From Planctomycetales bacterium (lineage in GTDB: Bacteria; Omnitrophota; Gorgyraeia; Gygaellales; Profunditerraquicolaceae), in contig SBBM01000023.1 in the NCBI GenBank assembly GCA_005239725.1, positions 1 through 60,252 on the forward strand: a stretch of 60,252 nt of DNA. The letters run 5' to 3'. This document shows positions 17,406 through 25,944 of the stretch, one piece after another (positions within the stretch are counted from its first letter, which is position 1; the number at the start of each line of letters is the position of its first letter). Both the position numbers and the translations under genes were made by a program. A model generated the notes under the pieces. It worked only from the letters and a program-made list of their open reading frames with translations. It did no database searches and was not told the origin of the DNA.

Positions 17406-19511
17406 CTACCTGAATTTGGCTTGAAATTTATCCGCCAACACGCCGGATATGGAAGAATGAAGCGGGGTTACCTCTGCTTCGGTTAAGGTACGTTCGCAAG
17501 AACGATAAAGGCAGGATATGGTTAAGCCTTTAAATCCGGCAGGGATTTGTTTACCTTTATAAGAATCTATGATTTTAGTCTCGGCAAGTAAATCTCCCGC
17601 GCCTTCCTTTATTACTTGCAGTATTTTTCCCACCGGAACATCATCTTTAAGTATAAGGCTTAAATCCCTGGAGATGCCGGGATATAACGGCAGGGATTTA
17701 AATTCCCGCTTTAAGCTTATAGAGCCGGACAACTTTTCCAGGGAAACCTCGGCAACAAAGGCATCCCTGTTTTTTATTTCAAGGTTATCCAAAACATCCC
17801 TTTTCAGCTTGTGGAGCGCGCCTATCTTTTCTTTGCCTAAAGCCACTTCTATCTTATAAGCATCGGGCGTAAGATTAAAATTGTAATCTCTGATGCCCAG
17901 CCTGTCGAAAATAACTTGTAAAATTCCTTTTAGATGCAGAAAGCCTGCTCCATCCTTTACCTGCCCTTGCTCAAACCAGAGGCTTCTTACGCCGCATAAA
18001 GCAATGCCCAGGATTAACTCCTCTTTTGGCATGCCGTTCTCTTTGGAAAAACCTTTGGCGATTTCAAATATATTAATGTATTCCTGTTTTTGGTTAAGAT
18101 TAACAGCCAGACATTTACCCAGGCTGGGGATAAGAGTCGGCCGTAAAATCTCTTGTTCCCTGCTTAAAGGATTTAAAATTTCCGCGCTCTCGGCATAATC
18201 TTGGCCAAAACCTTTTAACAAGCCCCTGTCAATAAGACTGTAAGTAATTACCTCGTTTAGGCCCAACCCTGTAAGAATATTTTTGATGAGCCCAACCTGC
18301 TCTCTTAACCCCGGCCTGTTTATCCCCGGGGTAATCACGGGCAGGGTGTTGGGTATATTTTCATAGCCGTATATGCGGGCTATTTCTTCAACCAGGTCAA
18401 CCCCGGTTTTTACGTCCGGACGGAAAGATGGCACCTTAACATTTAAAATATTTTTTCCTTTTGATTCAACCTTAAAATCCAAGTTGCTTAATATAGATTT
18501 TATTTTGGCCGCGGCGATATTTATGCCTAAATTTTTATGGACGAATTCCGCATCCAGGGCGATTATTGTTTTCTTTTTCGCGAGACTTCCGGAATCTTTA
18601 ACTAAAACTAATTCTCCTCCGGCTAATTCCCGGATTAGCTCTGCCGCGCGGGAGGAAGCCTTTTCAACCAATTCAATATCCACTCCCCTTTCAAATCTAT
18701 AGGAAGATTCGCTCTCTACCCCCAGCATTCTTCTCCCCCGGCGGATGAGCACAGGGTCAAATACCGCCGCCTCAAGGAGCATATTTACCGTTCCTCCGGC
18801 AACTTCGCTGTCTTTTCCGCCCATAACCCCTGCGACAGCCACAGGTTTTTCTCTGTTCGCAATAACTAAAATTTCGGGGTTAAGCGCTTTTTCCCGCCCG
18901 TCAATAATCGTTATCTTCTCGCCTTTCTTTGCCCGGCGGATAATTATTCTATCGCTGTTTAATTTATCCAAATCAAAGGCGTGTAGAGGCTCCCCCAGCT
19001 CAAACAAAACGTAATTGGTAATATCGACAATGTTATTTACACTGCGGCAGTCTAATAATTCCAGCCTTTTTTTAAGCCACTCCGGCGAAGGTCCGACTTT
19101 TACCCCTTTGATTATTTTAGCGGTGTACAAGGGGCAGTCTTTTTTATCTTGAACATTTATTGTTAATGTTTTAGCGTTTAGCGGGTAGCGTTTTCCCGCA
19201 ATGCTATCTCTTAGCTTGCGGGATCCCGCTCTACGGGAAGCGTATAGGATTTTGTTTCTACTATCCGCTATACGCTCTACGCTATGCGCTCGAATTTTTG
19301 CCTTTGTTATTGCCGCTACTTCCCTGGCGACCCCGGCCACGCTCAGCCAGTCCGGACGGTTAGATGTAATTTCGATCTCAAAAATAAAGTCTCCACCGCG
19401 CCCTTCCAGAGATGTAACTTCCAGGCCAGCCATGGTAAGCTTATCGGCAAGTTGTGCCGGCGGAATCCTAATATCTACGAAGTCTTTTAGCCAGTTATAT
19501 GTAATTTTCAT
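17406..19511 (-). CDS. pheT: Phenylalanyl-tRNA synthetase beta subunit. It lacks the N-terminal OB/tRNA-binding domain and carries an in-frame repeat insertion.
   Basis: MKITYNWLKDFV, NRPDWLSVAGVAREVAA, DITNYVLFELGEPLHAFD, SSYRFERGVD, C-terminal FDX-ACB-like end. Confidence 0.9.
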   Translation of the reverse strand: MKITYNWLKDFVDIRIPPAQLADKLTMAGLEVTSLEGRGGDFIFEIEITSNRPDWLSVAGVAREVAAITKAKIRAHSVERIADSRNKILYASRRAGSRKLRDSIAGKRYPLNAKTLTINVQDKKDCPLYTAKIIKGVKVGPSPEWLKKRLELLDCRSVNNIVDITNYVLFELGEPLHAFDLDKLNSDRIIIRRAKKGEKITIIDGREKALNPEILVIANREKPVAVAGVMGGKDSEVAGGTVNMLLEAAVFDPVLIRRGRRMLGVESESSYRFERGVDIELVEKASSRAAELIRELAGGELVLVKDSGSLAKKKTIIALDAEFVHKNLGINIAAAKIKSILSNLDFKVESKGKNILNVKVPSFRPDVKTGVDLVEEIARIYGYENIPNTLPVITPGINRPGLREQVGLIKNILTGLGLNEVITYSLIDRGLLKGFGQDYAESAEILNPLSREQEILRPTLIPSLGKCLAVNLNQKQEYINIFEIAKGFSKENGMPKEELILGIALCGVRSLWFEQGQVKDGAGFLHLKGILQVIFDRLGIRDYNFNLTPDAYKIEVALGKEKIGALHKLKRDVLDNLEIKNRDAFVAEVSLEKLSGSISLKREFKSLPLYPGISRDLSLILKDDVPVGKILQVIKEGAGDLLAETKIIDSYKGKQIPAGFKGLTISCLYRSCERTLTEAEVTPLHSSISGVLADKFQAKFR
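19172..19290 (+). repeat. Composite element: heptamer arm (TAGCGNN x3), double-hairpin core, inverted heptamer arm. Entirely inside the pheT coding sequence.
   Basis: Left arm at 19172-19192. Core TCCCGCA-N16-TGCGGGA TCCCG-CTCTA-CGGGA at 19194-19238. AGCGTATAGG. Right arm ATCCGCT ATACGCT CTACGCT ATGCGCT at 19263-19290. Confidence 0.85.
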
Positions 19512-20059
19512 CCTTGGGTTACTTTCTTAAACTCTTTGACTAAATTACTCGCCGCGATATCCGAAAATTCCTTAAGCCATTTTTTTATATACGCCGTATC
19601 CAATGCCTTTTTATTCTTTTCCCACAAAACCCTTACATCCTCTAAATCGCGCGGGCGACCAGCGAACATTTTATGGATAACCGTATCCTCGCAAGAAGCA
19701 AAATTAACATTATAATTATTTAATTTTACTTTCCTGGCTCTTTTTAATGCTTGTTTTTCGTAAGGCGTAAACGAAAAGATAAAATCAACCCGTATGCCTG
19801 TTTCTTTATCCACCCCTACCAAAACATTGGTCTTTCTTACAAAGCTATCGTTGGCATTTTTAGGGATTACCAAGCCCGCTCCCTCCAGAACGCTCTTCAT
19901 CTTATCTAATTTATCAATATCTACGCCCAGGGTGATATCTATATCTTCTGTCAGCCGAACCAAGCCATATAAAAGAACAGCCTGACCTCCAATGAGCATA
20001 TAAGGAATTTTATTTTTATCCAAACGCTTGGCGATATTTGCAATTAACTTTTGAATCAT
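19508..20059 (-). CDS. Minimal nucleotidyltransferase (Pol-beta superfamily; DUF2204/DUF6036/AbiEii-like, exact family not resolvable by eye)
   Basis: YMLIGGQAVLLYGLVRLTEDIDITL (G[GS]-x9-13-DxD), IRVDFIF (third acidic residue), GRPRDLEDVRVL. ATGA overlap with the pheT start. Confidence 0.7.
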   Translation of the reverse strand: MIQKLIANIAKRLDKNKIPYMLIGGQAVLLYGLVRLTEDIDITLGVDIDKLDKMKSVLEGAGLVIPKNANDSFVRKTNVLVGVDKETGIRVDFIFSFTPYEKQALKRARKVKLNNYNVNFASCEDTVIHKMFAGRPRDLEDVRVLWEKNKKALDTAYIKKWLKEFSDIAASNLVKEFKKVTQG

Positions 20060-20259
20060 TATTTAAAAGAGTTTAAAATGGCAGATATGCGCAGGCATGA
20101 TTCAATGCCCTCCAGAAAATTTTTTGAAGGCACCCTTTTCCATTGCCTTGCCTCTTTTAACAGCCCCTCATATATTTCAAACCGCCGCGCATAAGAATAA
20201 TGTCTATGCCGTATATATTCATTATAAAAATTCTCTAAAATTACTTTGTTTTTTATCAT
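20059..20259 (-). CDS. Small protein (66 aa) paired with the nucleotidyltransferase; putative antitoxin or partner
   Basis: Its ATG is 1 nt after the pheS stop. Its TAATG overlaps the NTase start. No recognisable motif. Confidence 0.5.
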   Translation of the reverse strand: MIKNKVILENFYNEYIRHRHYSYARRFEIYEGLLKEARQWKRVPSKNFLEGIESCLRISAILNSFK

Positions 20260-20260
20260 C

Positions 20261-21277
20261 TCAAAATTGTTTTAAAAACCGTAAATCGCTTTCCGCGAAA
20301 AGCCTGATATCATTAATCCCGTATTTGAGCATGGCAATTCTTTCTACGCCCATGCCAAAGGCAAATCCGGTATAAATTTTCGGGTCATACCCGACATGCT
20401 TAAAGACATTGGGGTGGATCATCCCGGAACCTAAAATTTCAAGCCAGCCTTTTCTTCCGCAAACCGAACAACCCTTACCTTTACAAATTATGCAGGAGAT
20501 ATCCACCTCTGCCGAGGGCTCGGTAAAAGGGAAGAAGTGCGGCCGAAAACGCATCTTGATATCTTCTCCGAAAACAGATTTGGCAAAGACTTCCAGGATA
20601 CCTTTTAAATCCGAAAATTTTATATTTTTATCCACCATAAATCCTTCTATCTGATGAAACATAAAGGAGTGGCTGGCATCCACGGCATCCGGGCGATAAA
20701 CCCTGCCAGGCACAACTATTGCCAGGGGCGGCTTGCGCGATTTCATTGCCCGGATTTGCACCGGCGAGGTGTGACTGCGTAAAAGTAGCTTCTTTTTTGT
20801 TTTTAGATAAAAGGTATCAAAGGCATCCCGCGAAGGATGCTCCAGCGGGATATTTAATCCGGTAAAATTATTTTCTTCGCTTTCGATTTCCGGACCCTCT
20901 ACAACAGAAAATCCCATGCCGGTAAAAATAGAGCAGATTTCATCAATGAGCTGAGTTAAGGGGTGTAGCCGCCCTAAATCCTGGGCAATGCCGGGCATAG
21001 TGATATCTACCTGTCCGGCTGTGGGCGCGCCTACGTCAATGGAAGCAAAGGATTTTTGTTTCTCGTTAAGAAGGGTGTTGATTTTATTTTTAAGAAGATT
21101 GACCTTTTGCCCAAAGGCGCCCCGCTCTTCTTTGGGGAGCTGAGGGATGGAGCCGGTTAATTCGGCAAGGACACCCTTCCTGCCTAAATAGCGCACCCGC
21201 AATTCCTCTAATTTATCCGAAGAATCTATGCCGGATATTTCGTTTTCTATTGTTTGATTAATCGCGTCAATATCCAT
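20261..21277 (-). CDS. pheS: Phenylalanyl-tRNA synthetase alpha subunit
   Basis: HPSRDAFDTFY, FRPHFFPFTEPSAEVD, GFAFGMGVERIAMLKYGI. Confidence 0.95.
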   Translation of the reverse strand: MDIDAINQTIENEISGIDSSDKLEELRVRYLGRKGVLAELTGSIPQLPKEERGAFGQKVNLLKNKINTLLNEKQKSFASIDVGAPTAGQVDITMPGIAQDLGRLHPLTQLIDEICSIFTGMGFSVVEGPEIESEENNFTGLNIPLEHPSRDAFDTFYLKTKKKLLLRSHTSPVQIRAMKSRKPPLAIVVPGRVYRPDAVDASHSFMFHQIEGFMVDKNIKFSDLKGILEVFAKSVFGEDIKMRFRPHFFPFTEPSAEVDISCIICKGKGCSVCGRKGWLEILGSGMIHPNVFKHVGYDPKIYTGFAFGMGVERIAMLKYGINDIRLFAESDLRFLKQF

Positions 21278-21729
21278 GTTATCCCCAATATCCCCAATAA
21301 CGCAGCTGCCAGGTTTCTCTTGTCAATATTCAATTTATGCATAATGGCGCAACCGTTATTTATATTACGTATCGCCTGGGCATGGATGTCCAAATCCCCT
21401 CCGTGTTCAGGGCAAGCCCGATGAAATACGCCGGTGATTTCCAGCCAGTCGCCCTTAGATTTGTATGCGCCGGTGTAAGCTATATCCTTAAGCAGTGAAT
21501 TTTCCGCCCAGATACCTATGGCATTTACACTGTCATTTAGGTTTACCCAGGAGTATGCCCCGCGCTTCATTATATCACCGATTGCCTCGCCTTCATAAAC
21601 TACGGTTTTTCCGTCGTATTCCTTGGCATTATCAATTAGCGTAACCGAGGAAACAGGCCAAGCTAAAGCAAGGCTAAGGTGTAAAACGAAAAACGCAAAA
21701 CTAAAACCTAAAAGCAAAAATTTTTTCAT
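21247..21729 (-). CDS. Hypothetical exported protein with a C-terminal membrane anchor
   Basis: From the internal Met: MKKFLLLGFSFAFFVLHLSLALA signal peptide. C-terminal NLAAALLGILGITWILTRLIKQ helix. Confidence 0.5.
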   Translation of the reverse strand: MKKFLLLGFSFAFFVLHLSLALAWPVSSVTLIDNAKEYDGKTVVYEGEAIGDIMKRGAYSWVNLNDSVNAIGIWAENSLLKDIAYTGAYKSKGDWLEITGVFHRACPEHGGDLDIHAQAIRNINNGCAIMHKLNIDKRNLAAALLGILGITWILTRLIKQ

Positions 21730-23231
21730 CTGCCCTTTATTGCCGCGTATAAAAATCCCAATAAAGTAAATATTGAAATAAATTCCAGCCTCCCCGCCCA
21801 CATCTGGAATATGTAAGTGATTTTCAGTATCGCCGGCATTCCTACGTCCGTAATGCCGCAGGATAATCCGACATTGCCAGCCGCAGATGTAGATTCGAAT
21901 AAAGCATTTAAAAACGGGTGCCCGCCAAAAAGCATGCCGGCAATCGCGCCGAACCCATACAATAACAGATACGCCAGGGTAATTAAAAATGCCGACCTGA
22001 CCTGTTTATCCTCCACGAATATTTCTTTGACGTGGTGGAATTTCTGGACAACTATTGCCCGGCTGGGCAGGATTATCGTCTTTATATCCTGTTTTAACGC
22101 CTTAAAGATAATGCCCAGGCGCAACATCTTTATACCGCCGGTCGTAGAACATACGCTGCCTCCCAGCGCCATTGCGCAAATTATACCGGCCAGGGCCAGG
22201 TCTCCCCATTCATTAATAAACTGCCGGGCATACACGGTCTGATACCCGGTGCCAGTGTGGCCGGAGATAAGCTGATAAAACCCTTTGCGGAATAACGGGA
22301 TAACATCGGGGTAAGCGCCTACCTGTTTTAATCCGAATGCGGTGATAAAAAAAGTGGCCATGATGGTGATAAAAAGGGTTACGGTTTCGATATTGCGCCA
22401 TATTTCTTTACGGTTCCCGGTCCAGATATGGTAATGCAGTTTAAAATTTATCGCGCCAAGAAGCATGATTATAATCGTCACGAATTCAAAAGGGAGGCTG
22501 TGATAATAAAGCATGTTTTGCGACTGGGGGGCAAAACCGCCGGTGTCAAAAGCGGCCATAAAAATACAGGCGCCATGGAAAAAGGCGTTTAGCGGTTTCA
22601 CGCCGTCTAAGATTGCCGTTATCCCCAATGCCAATGTGCCTAAAATAAGATAAACTATGCTTACCAGCCATATAAACTGGCTGGTGTGTATAATATTGGG
22701 GAGTATTTTTTCGTCCCGCGCCTCCCCCACATACATCCGGAATGCCCCGGCGGAACCTTTGACTAAAAACGAAAGCGCAACAATTATAATACCCTGGCCT
22801 CCGATAAACATTATCAGGTGCCGCCAAAGATTATGCGTGTAAGATAAGTGGTCAAGGTCCTGCACTAAAACAAGGCCCGTGGTGGCAAACCCTGACATGG
22901 AATCAAAACAGGCATCCAGGTAGGATTTCCAATGCCCGCTCAGCCACAAAGGTATTGCCCCTAATAACATGGCCACAACCCAGGAAAGGGCAACCACAAC
23001 CATCCCGTGCATCCAATTCGAGTCTTTTTCCGTAAAACATACCTTCCCTAATGTTACCCCGAAGAAGAGCGTTATCTGCAGCGCAATTAAAAAATCCAAT
23101 GCCGGATTAAATTCCCCGAAGGCTAATCCCATTATGGCCGGTATAAACATAGTGAACCCTAAGCCTATAATAATCTTGCTTAAGTAATGCCCGATTACCT
23201 TTATGTCTTCAAGCCTCGGCCGCAGGATCAT
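21726..23231 (-). CDS. trkH: Trk/Ktr-type potassium uptake membrane protein
   Basis: 501 aa polytopic protein. Repeated pore-loop-like GFATTG, DTGGF, HTGTGY and NVGLS segments. Confidence 0.85.
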   Translation of the reverse strand: MILRPRLEDIKVIGHYLSKIIIGLGFTMFIPAIMGLAFGEFNPALDFLIALQITLFFGVTLGKVCFTEKDSNWMHGMVVVALSWVVAMLLGAIPLWLSGHWKSYLDACFDSMSGFATTGLVLVQDLDHLSYTHNLWRHLIMFIGGQGIIIVALSFLVKGSAGAFRMYVGEARDEKILPNIIHTSQFIWLVSIVYLILGTLALGITAILDGVKPLNAFFHGACIFMAAFDTGGFAPQSQNMLYYHSLPFEFVTIIIMLLGAINFKLHYHIWTGNRKEIWRNIETVTLFITIMATFFITAFGLKQVGAYPDVIPLFRKGFYQLISGHTGTGYQTVYARQFINEWGDLALAGIICAMALGGSVCSTTGGIKMLRLGIIFKALKQDIKTIILPSRAIVVQKFHHVKEIFVEDKQVRSAFLITLAYLLLYGFGAIAGMLFGGHPFLNALFESTSAAGNVGLSCGITDVGMPAILKITYIFQMWAGRLEFISIFTLLGFLYAAIKGR

Positions 23232-23339
23232 CTTTTAAATGAAAAAATTAGGCAGGTTACAAACGCAGCAAGAATAATTGCTAAAGCATATAAAACTTCG
23301 GCGGAGATACCCAGGGCCATGTTCAGGGAAAACCTGTTT

Positions 23340-24005
23340 TTATTCATATTTACCCAGGAGCGCTTTTAATAACTCTTGCTCATTGCCTGTTATTGTCAGG
23401 GCGATGATATCGTCGCCCTGCTTAAGAACCGTATCGCCCTTAGGGACAATTACTTCGTCTTTTCTTAATATAGATACCAGCACCGAATTAACGGGAAGCC
23501 GGATACCTTTTACTTCTTTGTCTATAACCGGCGAGTCCTTGGGCAAATCTACCCGGACAATGGCGAGCTTCCCGCGCTTAAAACTCATCAGGTTTACAAA
23601 ATCAGAGAAGGAAGTTTCTTCCTCAATAATCTTTGCGATTATCCTGGTAGAATCTATCGGCGCATCAACGCCCAGCTCGGCAAAGGTATGCTCGTTGGCC
23701 GAGTCATTTACTTTGGCCAGGGTGCGCTTGACATTAAACCTTTCTTTGGCCAACTGGCAGATAATAAGGTTTTCCTGGTCACTACCGGTAACCGCGGCAA
23801 CCACATCCGCTCTGCCTACGCCTGCATCTTCCAGGACATCCGGGTCGCAACCGTCTCCGCAAATTACCATCGCCTCTAATTTTTTCGCCGCATCCTCACA
23901 TACAGCCCGGTCTTTATCTACGATGCTTAGTATGTGTCTTCCCTGGACAAGCCTCCTTGCCAGAAAATAGCCGACTTTACCTGCGCCTACAATTAGGATA
24001 AACAT
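23340..24005 (-). CDS. trkA: TrkA/KtrA-type RCK protein (NAD-binding plus TrkA-C)
   Basis: MFILIVGAGKVGYFLARRL Rossmann motif. 221 aa. Confidence 0.85.
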   Translation of the reverse strand: MFILIVGAGKVGYFLARRLVQGRHILSIVDKDRAVCEDAAKKLEAMVICGDGCDPDVLEDAGVGRADVVAAVTGSDQENLIICQLAKERFNVKRTLAKVNDSANEHTFAELGVDAPIDSTRIIAKIIEEETSFSDFVNLMSFKRGKLAIVRVDLPKDSPVIDKEVKGIRLPVNSVLVSILRKDEVIVPKGDTVLKQGDDIIALTITGNEQELLKALLGKYE

Positions 24006-24020
24006 AATTTTTCCGTTTTT

Positions 24021-24665
24021 TTAAATCCCGAACTTTTCTCTTATCTTGCCCAGGCTGGTAACTTTAACTACCGCCATCAATATCTCTTTTTTCTTTAAAA
24101 CCGTGTCTGGTTCAGGGATCGTAACCCCTTCCAACCGCCTAACTGCCACTACCAGAAATTCTTTGGGAATATTTACTTCCTGGATTTTTTTGCCGGCCAG
24201 GTCCTCTTTTACCTCAATTTCGATGACGCCCAAATCCTTGGTTTCAATCAGATAGCTTGAAAAGCGGCTTTCAATAATTTTGTCTCTAAGCATTGAGGCA
24301 AAAAGTATAGTCCCGCTGATAATGTCTAACCCTAAACTCGTGTAAATGTGTGCCCGCTTCGGGTCATATACCCGGGTAAGGACTTTGGGGACTTTGAATA
24401 TTTTTTTGGCAATCTGGGCGGCAACCAGATTTGTATTATCCCCGTTAGTCACAGCGCAAAAGGCATCCGCCCTTTCAATGCCGGCATTTTTTAACGACTC
24501 CAGGTCAAAGCCATTGCCGACTATGGTTATGCCGTTAAAGCCGCTTCCTAAACGCTCAAAAGAAGCAGGATTCTTATCAATTATAACAACATCATGGCCT
24601 TCGGAAGAAAGAAGGTTGGCAAGTTGCGAACCGACCCTTCCGCACCCCACAATTATGACATGCAT
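24021..24665 (-). CDS. trkA: TrkA/KtrA-type RCK protein, second paralogue
   Basis: MHVIIVGCGRVGSQLANLL Rossmann motif. 214 aa. Confidence 0.85.
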   Translation of the reverse strand: MHVIIVGCGRVGSQLANLLSSEGHDVVIIDKNPASFERLGSGFNGITIVGNGFDLESLKNAGIERADAFCAVTNGDNTNLVAAQIAKKIFKVPKVLTRVYDPKRAHIYTSLGLDIISGTILFASMLRDKIIESRFSSYLIETKDLGVIEIEVKEDLAGKKIQEVNIPKEFLVVAVRRLEGVTIPEPDTVLKKKEILMAVVKVTSLGKIREKFGI

Positions 24666-24666
24666 T

Positions 24667-25014
24667 TTATCCCCTTGCCATCCCGACTAATTTTTTAAAT
24701 ACTTTGTTATCTTTAACTGCCAAATCCGCCAGCATTTTCCTATCCAGTGCAACTTTGGCTTTTTTAAGGCCATTCATGAATTTGCTGTAAGTAATGCCTT
24801 CGGCGCGGCAGGCGGCATTTATGCGGGTGATCCAGAGGTTCCTAAACTCTCTCTTCTTTACCTTGCGGTCGCGGTAAGCATAAACCATGGCGTGCATAAG
24901 GGCGCGCCGGGCCTGCTGGAACTGCTTGCTCCTGTCCCCCCAAAAACCTTTGGCTTTCTTCAGAATCCTCTTTTTTCTCTTCCGAGTAGCTACACTGTGT
25001 TTAACTTTAGCCAT
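24667..25014 (-). CDS. rplT: 50S ribosomal protein L20
   Basis: MAKVKHSVATRKRKKRILKKAKGFWG...AYRDRK. Confidence 0.95.
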   Translation of the reverse strand: MAKVKHSVATRKRKKRILKKAKGFWGDRSKQFQQARRALMHAMVYAYRDRKVKKREFRNLWITRINAACRAEGITYSKFMNGLKKAKVALDRKMLADLAVKDNKVFKKLVGMARG

Positions 25015-25088
25015 AACTCTTACACTCCTTCGTCATTTTCTAGATTATAGTTTAGCGCTTGTATCCTTAAGCGTCAACTTATTAATCT

Positions 25089-25283
25089 CTAACCGTACGG
25101 CAGCATCCTTTTTAAATATTTTCCCTCCCCGCCGATTGTCTTGCTTTTTCTCATTTTTCTTAAGCGGGACGGCTTTTTGCTCGTTAAAAGATGGCTCTTG
25201 CCGCAGGTGGCATATTTAATTTTTCCCTTCGCGGTTAACTTAAACCTTTTTGCTACGCCTTTTTTTGTTTTTAGTTTTCCCAT
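25089..25283 (-). CDS. rpmI: 50S ribosomal protein L35
   Basis: MGKLKTKKGVAKRFKLTAKGK. Confidence 0.95.
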   Translation of the reverse strand: MGKLKTKKGVAKRFKLTAKGKIKYATCGKSHLLTSKKPSRLRKMRKSKTIGGEGKYLKRMLPYG

Positions 25284-25325
25284 TTACTTCTGCTCCGTTT
25301 TGCCTGCCGCCTATCGCCAGATAAG

Positions 25326-25883
25326 TCAGGCAGGTGTCTGTGCTTGTTTTTGGTTGCTTCCCTCGGGCCTATTACCCTTACGCGGCGCTATTATCAAAGA
25401 TATCATCCTGCCTTCCAGGGTAGGGTCTTTTTCTATTTGCCCGTCATTCTGGGTTTCGGTGATAAATTTATCTAACACCTTCCTGCCCAAATCTATGTGC
25501 TCCATCTGCCTGCCCTTAAAGAAGAGGGTAACTTTTACCCTGTCTTTTTTGTTTAAGAAACCAATGGCCTGCTTGACTTTAGTCTGAAAATCATGTTCGT
25601 CAATATTGGGCTTAAGGCGGATCTCCTTTAAATGCCCCTGTTTCTGGTGCTTCTTCGCCTCACGTTCCTTCTTTTCCTGGTCATATTTAAATTTGCTGAA
25701 GTCTATAATCCTGCAGACCGGCGGGTTCGCCTGGGGTGCCACTTCCACTAAATCCAGGCCGCTTTGTGCGGCAATTTCCCGGGCCTTATCCGACGAGACA
25801 ACCCCTAACTGTTCCCCTTGCGGCCCGACCAGGCGTACCTCCGGTACGCGTATCCTTTCGTTTGTGCGTATAAATTTTTTTAT
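25326..25883 (-). CDS. infC: Translation initiation factor IF-3, probable non-AUG (AUA) start
   Basis: INERIRVPEVRLVG, KEIRLKPNIDEHDF. The ORF-track start is TTG at 25901, but codons 2-4 spell the SD AAGGAGGTG. ATA at 25883 sits at proper spacing. Confidence 0.85.
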   Translation of the reverse strand: MKKFIRTNERIRVPEVRLVGPQGEQLGVVSSDKAREIAAQSGLDLVEVAPQANPPVCRIIDFSKFKYDQEKKEREAKKHQKQGHLKEIRLKPNIDEHDFQTKVKQAIGFLNKKDRVKVTLFFKGRQMEHIDLGRKVLDKFITETQNDGQIEKDPTLEGRMISLIIAPRKGNRPEGSNQKQAQTPA

Positions 25884-25944
25884 ACCGACCACCTCCTTCA
25901 ATTTATCGCGCCTAACTAACCGCTCCCCAAATTTAACGGCTTAG

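Noticed and set aside
20826-20850. TCCCGC-N13-GCGGGA hairpin in pheS (and similar ones in pgi 16104-16121, dnaN 39394-39446, pheT 18889-18953)
   Set aside because: These lie in segments encoding conserved native residues (e.g. PLEHPSRDAFDTF in PheS, SRLIEGEFPDYQRVIP in DnaN). They lack the T-run, the second hairpin and the GCGGGATCCCGC junction. They are not counted as element copies.
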